A DNA stretch of 64,000 nucleotides from Longimicrobiales bacterium (GTDB lineage Bacteria > Gemmatimonadota > Gemmatimonadetes > Longimicrobiales > Gaopeijiaceae), in the NCBI GenBank assembly GCA_041690395.1, contig JAWLHJ010000004.1, positions 433,365-497,364 of the forward strand. Direction: 5' to 3'. The notes under the pieces are model-generated. The model was not told the origin of the DNA and ran no database searches. It was given only the letters and a program-made list of their open reading frames with translations. The position numbers and the translations under genes are program-made. Position 1 is the stretch's first letter. The number at the start of each line of letters is the position of its first letter. Below, piece by piece: positions 17,223-26,003 of the stretch.

Positions 17223-19417
17223 CGTCGCTCGGGTCCCGCCGGCGAGCCGGACCCGACCACCCCCGGCCCGCCCACGCCCGGCCGACCGTCGCCGTTCGAC
17301 GTGGCCTCCGACCCGTCGGGCGACGACACGCCGATGCGCACGCCGCTCCTACGCAGCACGGCGCGGATACGTGACTGCAGGCGATCCACGGCCACCGGCT
17401 TGAGCATGTAGTCGTCGGCGCCTTGATCGAGCAGCTCGATCTCGCGGCGGGGATCGGGCGAGCTCGTGAGCACAAGCACCGGGAGGTACTGGGTCTCGAT
17501 CGACTTCCGGATACGCTGGAGGACCTCGAGACCGTCGATGCCCGGGAGCATCAGGTCGAGCAGGACCATGGAGTAGCCGCCGCCGTCCTTCGCGAGGAGC
17601 TCCATGGCGTGCTCCCCGTCCACGGCCTCGACGACGTCGAAGCCGAGGTCCCGGGCAATGGATCCGATCAGGAGACGGTCCTGTGCCTCGTCCTCGACGA
17701 GCAGGACCGGTCCTGCCGAGCGAGGGCTCTCCTCCCGCGGCGGCACGATGCCGAGCACACGCTCGACCTCCTCCACCGTGGTCTCACCCCGGGCCACCCG
17801 ATCGAGCGCCACCTCCGCGAGTCCTCGAACGCCCTCCATATGAGCCGCGAGCTCGAAGTCCGCGTCGTCGCACCCCTCGGCGAGCAGCGACCGGAGCGCG
17901 GGTGTCAGGTTGAGCACTTCGGCCACGGGCAGCTGTCCGAAGTAGCCCGTTCCCGCGCATGCCTTGCAGCCGACTACCCGCTTCGGCGGCAGCACGCCGA
18001 GGATCTCCGCCAGCTTGCGCTCCCTGCCGGGCAGGTCTTCGGGTCCCGCGACGTCGCGCGCGCACTGGGGACAGAGGCGTCGGACCAGGCGGAGCGAGAT
18101 CACCGCGTGCAGCGATTCCGCTAGGCGCCCCGGGGCGAGCCCGAGGTCGATCAGGCGCCGCACGCCCGAGACCGTGTCGGGGGTATGCGCGGTGGCGAGC
18201 ACTTTGCGGCCGGTCACCGCCGTTCGTAGCGCGATGCGCGCGGTCGCGAGATCGCGGATCTCACCGGCATGCACGACGTCCGGATCCTGGTCGAGAAGCT
18301 GCTGCAACGTCTCCGCGAACGACTTTCCGGTCGAAGCATCGTACCGCACCTGCGTGACCCCGGGGATGTGCAGCTCCACGCGTCCCTCGAGGGAAACCAC
18401 GCTCTGCTTGTTCAACGCGTACATGCTCGCGTAGACGAAGCTCGTCGTGCCCGAGCGCGCCGGGCCGGTCACCAGAACCAGTCCTTCGTTGCGTCCGAGG
18501 ATGCGACGGATCTGCTGTCCCTCCGGGCCGTCGAAGCCGAGGGCGTCGAGTGTCGGAAGCTCGTCGGGCGCGACGAGCCGGACCGAAACGAGCTCGCCGT
18601 CCGGCGTCGGGGTCGTGAGCAGGTGGGCCCTTCGTTCCAGCGACGGGCCCCCGCGAACCGGGAAGCCCTCCTCGGACACGCCGACGTTGCCCTCCGCCAT
18701 GTACCGTAGCCGCGCCACGAGGCGCTCGTGCGCGGTGGCGGGCAGCGCCACGACGTGCTGGAGAACACCATCGATGCGGTAGCGTACCCGCCCCTTGTCG
18801 CGCCCCGGCTCGATGTGGATCTCCGTGGCGCGGTAGCGCACACCCTGCTGGAGGATGACGTCGGCCAGGCGAACGACGGCGGGGTCCTCGAGCTCGAAGG
18901 TCGTGAACATCCCGCGGCCATCGGACGTGACGACCTGGAAGTCGCTCTCCGCGACCTCGGCGACGAGCTTCTCGAGCGTGTTCCCCGGGGCCTGACGCGC
19001 CTGGTACGCCCGGTCGAGGGCCTCGCCGATCGCGGTCGGGCTCGCCATGAGCAGGACCGGCTCCCTGCCGGTATGCTCCACGATGGCCCGGTGCGCCGAG
19101 CGGTTCGAGGGGTCGAAGGTCGCCACCACGACGTTCCGTTCCGTGAGCGCCACGCCCAGGATGCCGTACCGACGGGCCACGTGCTCCGGAATCAGCCGAA
19201 CCGCCTGGGCGTCCCGCTGCGTGACGTCCGCGACCCCGATGCGGAAGTGGCCGGCCACGCGGCGGGTGAACTCCGCATCCGTCGTGTTGCACGCGGTGAC
19301 CACCCGGCTCCACGCGGCCTTCAAGGTCGGCAGGTCGGGCCGCAACGGCAGATCGAGGTCGAGGCCGGCGTGGCCGGCGACGTCCTTCAGCCAATGGGAT
19401 GGAGTGGTGGGTTGCAT
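17219..19417 (-). CDS. GspE/PilB-family ATPase homolog (degenerate Walker A) fused to a C-terminal receiver domain
   Basis: GSPII-E N domain, ATEIHIEP, RYRIDGVL, VTGPARSGTTS, DPDVVHAGEIRD, RLVRRLCPQC...CKAC; REC domain LLVEDE...LLDLMLPG...KP. Confidence 0.88.
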   Translation of the reverse strand: MQPTTPSHWLKDVAGHAGLDLDLPLRPDLPTLKAAWSRVVTACNTTDAEFTRRVAGHFRIGVADVTQRDAQAVRLIPEHVARRYGILGVALTERNVVVATFDPSNRSAHRAIVEHTGREPVLLMASPTAIGEALDRAYQARQAPGNTLEKLVAEVAESDFQVVTSDGRGMFTTFELEDPAVVRLADVILQQGVRYRATEIHIEPGRDKGRVRYRIDGVLQHVVALPATAHERLVARLRYMAEGNVGVSEEGFPVRGGPSLERRAHLLTTPTPDGELVSVRLVAPDELPTLDALGFDGPEGQQIRRILGRNEGLVLVTGPARSGTTSFVYASMYALNKQSVVSLEGRVELHIPGVTQVRYDASTGKSFAETLQQLLDQDPDVVHAGEIRDLATARIALRTAVTGRKVLATAHTPDTVSGVRRLIDLGLAPGRLAESLHAVISLRLVRRLCPQCARDVAGPEDLPGRERKLAEILGVLPPKRVVGCKACAGTGYFGQLPVAEVLNLTPALRSLLAEGCDDADFELAAHMEGVRGLAEVALDRVARGETTVEEVERVLGIVPPREESPRSAGPVLLVEDEAQDRLLIGSIARDLGFDVVEAVDGEHAMELLAKDGGGYSMVLLDLMLPGIDGLEVLQRIRKSIETQYLPVLVLTSSPDPRREIELLDQGADDYMLKPVAVDRLQSRIRAVLRRSGVRIGVSSPDGSEATSNGDGRPGVGGPGVVGSGSPAGPERR

Positions 19418-19500
19418 GGCCCAAGATATCGCAAGAATCCGGCCACCGGCACCATCATCCGGTCTGGCGCACGGCGCTCGGATTTGGCTACCCTCCTGGG

Positions 19501-21747
19501 ATGTCCACCAAATTCCGCATACCCTGGCTCAGCGCCGCGTGCGCCTGCTCGCTGCTGATCGCCGCGCCGGCGGCGGCCCAGCAGGAAGACCCCGCGAGGC
19601 AGATCGTGCCCGGCGCGCCGATCTCGGATCTCGACCGCGCTCCGCGCCCGGCGGCCGTCGCCGCGCGCGCGCCCGGGTCCATCGACATCGACGGCGTGCT
19701 CGACGACGCGGCCTGGGCCGCGGCACCGGTCATCGACCGCTTCATCCAGCAGAAGCCCGATCCGGGCCTGCCGGCGACCGAGCGGACCGAGGTCCGGATC
19801 CTCTACGACGACGAGCACCTCTACATCGGCGCGGAGATGTACGACTCGAACCCGTCGTCGCTCGTGATCCCCACGTTGCAGCGCGATCCCAACACCCGGG
19901 ACGGCGACGCGTTCGGCTTCACGCTCGACACCTTCCTCGACGGCCAGAACTCGTTCGCCTACTTCGTGAACCCGGGCGGTGCCGTCCGCGACTCACAGAC
20001 GTCCGACGACGGGCGCATCAGCAACGCCGCCTGGGAGTCCGCGCACGACCTCCGGACCCGCATCCACGACCGGGGATGGACGCTCGAGATGGCGATCCCC
20101 TGGTCCACCCTCCGCTTCGACGGCAGCCGGGACGCGCAGGTGTGGGGGCTCAACCTCCTCCGCCGGATCCGCAGCAAGAACGAAGACGCCACGTGGGCGC
20201 CGATGGACCGTCGCTGGCAGCTCTACGTGATGTCGCGCGCCGGCACGCTCACCGGGCTGGACGGCATCCGGCCGGGCCGCAACCTGTCGGTCAAGCCGTT
20301 CGTGGTCGGGAGCCGCCCGTCGGGGTCGCTGCAGGCGGGGGCCGATCCCGAGTTCGACGCGGGCGGCGACCTGAAGCTCGGACTCACCCCGGGGCTCACG
20401 CTCGACCTGACGGTGAACACCGACTTCAGCCAGGTCGAGGTGGACCAGCAGCAGGTCAACCTCACACGCTTCTCGCTGTTCTTCCCCGAGAAGCGCGAGT
20501 TCTTCCTCGAGAACGCGGGCATCTTCCAGTTCGGCGACCAGGGGCAGTATTCACAGCGGAACGGCGCCACGGACCGCGACTTCACGCTCTTCCACTCCCG
20601 CCGTATCGGTCTCACGCCGAGCGGGGCGCCGCTGCCGATCCTCGGCGGGGGACGCGTGAGCGGCACGGCGGGCCCGGTCACCGTGGGCATCCTCAATATG
20701 CAGACCCGCGCGGAGGACGCGTTCGCGGCCGAGAACTTCAGCGTCGCCCGCGTCCGCGGCGAGCCGCTCCCGGGCCTCACCACCGGTGGCATCTTCGTGA
20801 ACAGAACCGCCACCTCGGGATCTCCGGCGGAAAGCCGCTCCTGGGGCGTCGACATGAACCTCGAGGCGCTCGGCAACTATTTCCTGGTGCAGTCCTACCT
20901 CGCCGGGACGAGCGGGACCGCCGCGGACGGCTCACCCCTCGAGTCGGGGATGGCGGGTCGGATCTCGGCGGCCTGGCGTGATCCCTTCTGGGAGATCGAA
21001 ACGCTGTACCGGCACTTCGACGACGACTTCGACCCGGGCGTCGGCTTCGTGCGCAGGAGAGGCGTGCGGCACGGGTACGGGACCATCGGCGTGCAGCCGC
21101 GCGTGGAGTGGGGCCCGGTCCAGCAGCTCAACCCCTACGTCGAGGCCCATTACTTCTCGAATCTGGATGGCGTGCTGGAGACCCGCGAGTTGAGCGCGGG
21201 CCTCGACACGGACTTCACCGACGGCGCGACGGCGAGTGTCAGCGTCACCGACCGCTTCGAACGGGTTCCGATGGCGTTCACCGTCCGGGGCGCGACCGTG
21301 GCGCCCGGGAGCTACGCTTTCTCCGAAGCCAGGGCATCGTACACCGCCAGCCGTGCGCGGCCGCTGTCTGGACAGCTCAGGGTGGGTGGCGGCGGCTACT
21401 TCGGGGGCGACATCCGCTCGGTCGGCGCGAGCGTGCTGGGCCGTCTCGGCTACCGGGCCCTGCTCGACCTGAGCGTGGAGCACAACCGCATCGACCTACC
21501 CGCGCAGGCACCCGTGACGGCCGACATCTACGGGGCGAAGCTCGACGTCTTCTTTTCGCCGCGGCTCCTCACGAGCGCCTTCGTCCAGTACAACGAGGCG
21601 ACGGACGAGGTGATCACCAACGCCCGGCTGAACTGGATCCACGCGCCGCTGTCGGATCTCTACCTGGTGCTCACCGAGCGTCGGCGTGGGGGCGACGTGC
21701 TGGAGCGGCTGCTCAGCCTGAAGGTGACGAAGCTGATCTCGTTCTGA
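19501..21747 (+). CDS. CBM9-like + DUF5916 outer membrane protein
   Basis: Signal peptide, IDIDGVLDDAAW, TEVRILYD, TVNTDFSQVEVD, FSLFFPEKREFFLE, C-terminal Phe. Confidence 0.85.
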   Translation: MSTKFRIPWLSAACACSLLIAAPAAAQQEDPARQIVPGAPISDLDRAPRPAAVAARAPGSIDIDGVLDDAAWAAAPVIDRFIQQKPDPGLPATERTEVRILYDDEHLYIGAEMYDSNPSSLVIPTLQRDPNTRDGDAFGFTLDTFLDGQNSFAYFVNPGGAVRDSQTSDDGRISNAAWESAHDLRTRIHDRGWTLEMAIPWSTLRFDGSRDAQVWGLNLLRRIRSKNEDATWAPMDRRWQLYVMSRAGTLTGLDGIRPGRNLSVKPFVVGSRPSGSLQAGADPEFDAGGDLKLGLTPGLTLDLTVNTDFSQVEVDQQQVNLTRFSLFFPEKREFFLENAGIFQFGDQGQYSQRNGATDRDFTLFHSRRIGLTPSGAPLPILGGGRVSGTAGPVTVGILNMQTRAEDAFAAENFSVARVRGEPLPGLTTGGIFVNRTATSGSPAESRSWGVDMNLEALGNYFLVQSYLAGTSGTAADGSPLESGMAGRISAAWRDPFWEIETLYRHFDDDFDPGVGFVRRRGVRHGYGTIGVQPRVEWGPVQQLNPYVEAHYFSNLDGVLETRELSAGLDTDFTDGATASVSVTDRFERVPMAFTVRGATVAPGSYAFSEARASYTASRARPLSGQLRVGGGGYFGGDIRSVGASVLGRLGYRALLDLSVEHNRIDLPAQAPVTADIYGAKLDVFFSPRLLTSAFVQYNEATDEVITNARLNWIHAPLSDLYLVLTERRRGGDVLERLLSLKVTKLISF

Positions 21748-21808
21748 GGTCACCGGCCCCCGTCTGGCTACCGGCGGGGCTGGGCGGGCGGCGACGCCTC
21801 CAGCGACT

Positions 21809-21960
21809 GACTGGATCCAACGGAGCACCCGTCGCTCGTAGGCACGGTACGCGTCGTCGAACTTCCGCTCCAGATACGCTTCTTCGGGCAGGATCGCGAA
21901 ACGCAGCAAGCGCCCAGGCGGCCAGAGGCGTCAGCAGGAGGATTCCCGGGACGAGGCTTC
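21809..21960 (-). pseudogene. Remnant 3' end of an isoprenylcysteine carboxyl methyltransferase (ICMT/PEMT) family gene
   Basis: LRFAILPEEAYLERKFDDAYRAYERRVLRW is the typical ICMT C-terminus. The preceding hydrophobic segment (GILLLTPLAAWA) is in another frame and no N-terminus was found. Confidence 0.6.
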
Positions 21961-22403
21961 CCTCAGGCGTCGCAAACGTGACTTGGTCGCCGCCGCTGGA
22001 GCGGCGGCGTCATTGTTTCGCCATATGAGGCGGCCGACATGACACGCGGGAAGAAGGCGCGATCGCGCGCGGCAGGTTCCTGCCACATCTGGCGGCCAAC
22101 GTCCCACGCTGCCCCGTACCATGCCCGCCGTGGCGGATTGCCGCCACGCCTCACCGGCCCGCACCCGCGTTCGCGGCCGGCGCTGTGCGGCTCCATCCCG
22201 GCACCAACGCGAAGCACGCCCCCACCGGCTCTCCCACCGCAGCATACGCCACCTTTCCGCGTCGGACCCCTCCCTGGTGGAGGTGAGGACGCGGGCGCTT
22301 CGTAGGCGGCCTCGACCCGGTTGAACGGCTGGGGCTCACCGAGCCTTCCTGACTCGACGAAGGATATCTCCGACTAAACGGGACCCTCGGCGTTCACACC
22401 GTC

Positions 22404-22949
22404 TTAGGGCACCTCACGGTCGTCGCTCACCTCCTCCGGGAGCATCAGGCCTTCCAGGAAGTACGCCGCGAGCTCGGCACGCCCGGCCAGCCCCGACTTC
22501 TGGTAGACCGCACTCGCGTGTTGTCGGGCAGTCTGCGCGTTCCGCCCCGTCGAGCGAGCGATCGCCTTGTGACTGTGCCCCTTGAGCAAGAGGACGGCGA
22601 CCTCCCTCTCGGCTTTCGTGAGGCCCCAGGCGACCAGCTGCTCCTGAACGGCCTCACCGAGACCCTCGAGCGCGAGCCGCGCCCGATTCCGCCACGCGTC
22701 CCTCTCGGCGTCCCGGGTGGTCAAGCTCTCCTGGAGCTGGCCCGCGCGCCGCTCCGCGCGCCACCACCCCATCCAGAGCGCGGTCGCCAACACGACCCCG
22801 AAGACGATCATCGAGAGCTCGAAGATCACGTGGAACGAGAGCCAGCTCGTCGGACGGTCCAGGACGAGATCGATCGTGCCCCCCACCACGAGGAGGGTGA
22901 GGGCGGTGCCCAGCAGAATCTGGAAGCGTTTGGCCTGCTCGGGGTCCAT
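22404..22949 (-). CDS. Membrane-anchored LuxR-family HTH regulator
   Basis: Two TM helices, then WGLTKAEREVAVLLLKGHS.KAIA....TARQHASAVYQKSGLAGRAELAAYF. Confidence 0.85.
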   Translation of the reverse strand: MDPEQAKRFQILLGTALTLLVVGGTIDLVLDRPTSWLSFHVIFELSMIVFGVVLATALWMGWWRAERRAGQLQESLTTRDAERDAWRNRARLALEGLGEAVQEQLVAWGLTKAEREVAVLLLKGHSHKAIARSTGRNAQTARQHASAVYQKSGLAGRAELAAYFLEGLMLPEEVSDDREVP

Positions 22950-23068
22950 GGCGCGGCATCCTACATGTGTTGAATGTCGAGGAAGTGTAAGGGTTTTCAC
23001 ACGGATGTGGGATACGCCTCCGCCTGGGGACGCGGCAACTTCGACTCGTCTTCAACAAGGAGGTCCAC

Positions 23069-23608
23069 ATGTTGCCCGAGCCCCTTCACCCCGCCGTCGT
23101 GCATTTCCCCATCGTGCTTGCGGTTCTACTGCCACTCGTCGTCGTGGGAGCCTTGGTCGCGATCCGGATGGGATCACCGCTTCGCCGCACCTGGCTCATT
23201 CCCGTCGGCCTGGCGCTCGCACTGACGGCCTCGGCGTGGGCTTCCGTCGAAACCGGCGAGGCGCAGGAAGATCGGGTCGAGCGCGTCGTGGCCGAGTCGG
23301 CCATGCACACCCACGAAGAACGGGCCGAGCGCTTCTTCGTGCTGTCCGGGGCGCTCTTCGCGGTTATCGCGGGCGGCATGCTCGGCGGCACCCTCGGCTC
23401 CGCTTCACGGTTGGTGGGGTCCGTAGGCGCGGTCCTCTTTCTCCTGCCGACCTTCCAGGTGGGCGCCAGCGGCGGCGAGTTGGTCTACGAGCACGGAGCC
23501 GCCTCCGCCTACGTGACCGGTGGCTCGGCCGACGCCTCGGCCGGCAATGACGCCCGCGAGAATCCGGACGGGGACGAAGATCCCGACGACGGCCGGCGGG
23601 AGCGCTGA
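23069..23608 (+). CDS. DUF2231 family membrane protein
   Basis: LHPAVVHFPIVL, AS..TGE, H.H, GGELVYEHGA; AGGAGG RBS. Confidence 0.82.
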   Translation: MLPEPLHPAVVHFPIVLAVLLPLVVVGALVAIRMGSPLRRTWLIPVGLALALTASAWASVETGEAQEDRVERVVAESAMHTHEERAERFFVLSGALFAVIAGGMLGGTLGSASRLVGSVGAVLFLLPTFQVGASGGELVYEHGAASAYVTGGSADASAGNDARENPDGDEDPDDGRRER

Positions 23609-23610
23609 TC

Positions 23611-24849
23611 ATGATCTCGTTCCTCGCCTGGATGTTCCTCGGCCCCGTGCCGGACACGGTGGTCGTATCCGCCGCGGAGGCCCTTCGGATGGCCATGGAG
23701 AGGAGCCCCGCCCTCGAGGCGGCACGCACCCGAACGATGGCCTCCGAGTCTCGAGTCCGGGAGGCGGGCCTTCTGCCCAACCCCACGCTCAACGTGGCGG
23801 GTGAGAACCTCGGAGCCGCCGTGGAGACCACGGGACGCCCGGCGTGGGAAGGCATCGAGGGGCAGATCCTCATCGGCCTGCCCGTTTCCGTCGGCGGGGA
23901 CCGTGGCGCGGCGGTCCGTCGCGCCGAAGCGGTGGCGGACGAGACGCTCGCGCTGGAACGGATGACGGCCCTGGATACGGGCGTCGAGGCGGTGGATGCC
24001 ATGTCGAGGCTGATCCACGACCGCGCCCTGGTCGGCCACGCAAGCGCGGACGCCGCGGGCATCCAACAGATGGCCGACCAGGTGCGGATGCAGGCCGACA
24101 TGGGACGGGCCTCGGACGGGGAAGCCGCGAGGCTTCGATTGGCCAGCGCCTCGGCCTGGTCCCGCCTGGCGGAGGCTCGAGCCGACGAAGCGAGGTCGGC
24201 CGCCCATCTGGCTTTCCTGACCGGGTTGGCTCCCGCGGTCGTCGTCGAGCTCCCGTCCTGCACGTGGGAGCCACCGGTGCCGTCGGCCGAGCCCGCCGAT
24301 CTGCAGGCCCTCGGCGCCCGGGTGAACAGCTGGGAGGCCGCGGCCGATGAGATGCGGGCCGCGGCGATTCCGGACCTCGTGCCCCAGCTGGGATGGCGTC
24401 GCTCCGCGGGCTTCGATGCCCTGTACGTCGGCGTGGCGATGGAGCTCCCGGTCTTCGACCGGAACCAGGGCGCACGCGACGCCGCCATGCGCGAAGCGAC
24501 CGCCGCCAGCATCGAACAGACCCGTCTCGCGACCCTGCTGCAATCGGATCGGGCCGCGGCTCGGCGGGCGCTGGACGCGCTCGAAGAGGCGGGATCGCGC
24601 TTCGACCAGGGCTGGGCCGACGCGCTCGCGCGTGCCGTCGAGTCGGCGGAAGCCCGGTACGCGCTGGGGGAAGGCACGTTGACCGAGCTCCTGGACAGCC
24701 GCCGGGCCCGGTTGGATGCGCTCGCCGATTTCGAAGGCTGGCGCATGTCGATGTTCGGCTGGAGAGCACGCCTCGTGCGTCGATCCGGCGTGGAGGCCAC
24801 CGACCTGATCCTCTGCAATCCATCACCTGACCTGGAGACGTCCAGATGA
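23611..24849 (+). CDS. TolC/CzcC-family outer membrane efflux protein
   Basis: LLPNPTL, LPVFDRNQG, RYALGEGTLTELLD; first gene of the RND triad. Confidence 0.85.
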   Translation: MISFLAWMFLGPVPDTVVVSAAEALRMAMERSPALEAARTRTMASESRVREAGLLPNPTLNVAGENLGAAVETTGRPAWEGIEGQILIGLPVSVGGDRGAAVRRAEAVADETLALERMTALDTGVEAVDAMSRLIHDRALVGHASADAAGIQQMADQVRMQADMGRASDGEAARLRLASASAWSRLAEARADEARSAAHLAFLTGLAPAVVVELPSCTWEPPVPSAEPADLQALGARVNSWEAAADEMRAAAIPDLVPQLGWRRSAGFDALYVGVAMELPVFDRNQGARDAAMREATAASIEQTRLATLLQSDRAAARRALDALEEAGSRFDQGWADALARAVESAEARYALGEGTLTELLDSRRARLDALADFEGWRMSMFGWRARLVRRSGVEATDLILCNPSPDLETSR

Positions 24850-26003
24850 GCCAGGAGTCCACCGGTACCGCACCGTCCATCCGACGGCCCCTCGCATGGA
24901 TCGCGGTCGTCGCGGCCGCCCTCCTGTTGCCGGGCTGCGGGTCCGGAGACGCACCGGCCCGGGAAGAGGCTCCGCCGGAGGAGGGCCGCGTGGCGCTGAC
25001 CCCGGAGCAGGTCGCGACGGCCGAGGTCGGGGTGGCGCCCGTGCACCTCGAAGAAGTCAGCGGTGCACAGCAGATACCCGCCATGTTGGCCAGCCCCGAT
25101 ACGGCCTCCGTGACCATAGGGTCCGTCGTGGAGGGACGGGTGGCTTCCGTGCTCGTGCTCCCCGGCGATCGAGTCCAGGAGGGGGAGGCGCTGCTCCGCA
25201 TCCACTCCCACGAGCTGACCGACGCCCTGCGCGACCTGACGTCGTCCGAGGCCCGGCTGGACTATGTCGCAGCCGCCGCGGACCGCTCGGACCAGTTGTT
25301 CGCCGCCGGAGCCGTGTCGAGGGAGGAGGTCGAGCGACGCACGGCGGAGCGCGTCCAGATCGAGGCGGAGGTCGAGCGCGCTCGCGATTGGGTGGGCCAC
25401 CTCTCCCCGTCGCCCGACGGCCTCGTGGTGGTTCGGGCGTCACGGACGGGGACCGTCTTCTCGGTCGCGGTCGTGGACGGCACCGTGGTGTTGCCGGGGA
25501 TGGAGTTGGTCTCCCTGGGCCGCACGGACGTCCTGTGGGCGACCGGCTGGGTCCCGGAGCGTCTCGACACGGTCGTGCGGCCCGGGGACTCGGTCGAGGT
25601 GTCCGTGGACGGGCTCTCGATCCCGCCGCTCGAGGCGCACGTGGTGCAGGTCGGTGGAGCGGTCGATCTCACCCGGCGAGCGATCGCGGTCCGGGTCGAG
25701 CTGCGGAGCGTCCCACCGACCGTACGGCCCGGCATGTTCGCGACGTTGACACTGCCTACGGGACCCGCGGAGCTCAGGGCCGTCCTCCCGTCCGACGCGG
25801 TCCAGCAGGTCGAGGGTGGGGAAGTCGCCTTCGTCGAGGAGTCCCCCGGACTCTACGTCGCCGTTCCCGTCGTTTCCGTGCCGCTGGTCGGTGGTCGGGT
25901 CGGGGTCTCCGGGCTCGCGGAGGGTCAGCGCGTCGTGGTGACCGGCGCCTACGCCATCCGATCCGTCATGGAAGGCAACGTGCCGGCGGGAGGTGCCTCA
26001 TGA
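24846..26003 (+). CDS. RND efflux periplasmic adaptor (CzcB/CusB-like), probable lipoprotein
   Basis: LPGC lipobox, VEGRV..V.V.PGDRV, RPGMF, GLAEGQRVVVTGA. Confidence 0.87.
   Translation: MSQESTGTAPSIRRPLAWIAVVAAALLLPGCGSGDAPAREEAPPEEGRVALTPEQVATAEVGVAPVHLEEVSGAQQIPAMLASPDTASVTIGSVVEGRVASVLVLPGDRVQEGEALLRIHSHELTDALRDLTSSEARLDYVAAAADRSDQLFAAGAVSREEVERRTAERVQIEAEVERARDWVGHLSPSPDGLVVVRASRTGTVFSVAVVDGTVVLPGMELVSLGRTDVLWATGWVPERLDTVVRPGDSVEVSVDGLSIPPLEAHVVQVGGAVDLTRRAIAVRVELRSVPPTVRPGMFATLTLPTGPAELRAVLPSDAVQQVEGGEVAFVEESPGLYVAVPVVSVPLVGGRVGVSGLAEGQRVVVTGAYAIRSVMEGNVPAGGAS

Noticed and set aside
24896..25999. 1391-aa version of the RND permease
   Set aside because: The N-terminal extension overlaps the adaptor gene in another frame; the real start is ATG 26000.
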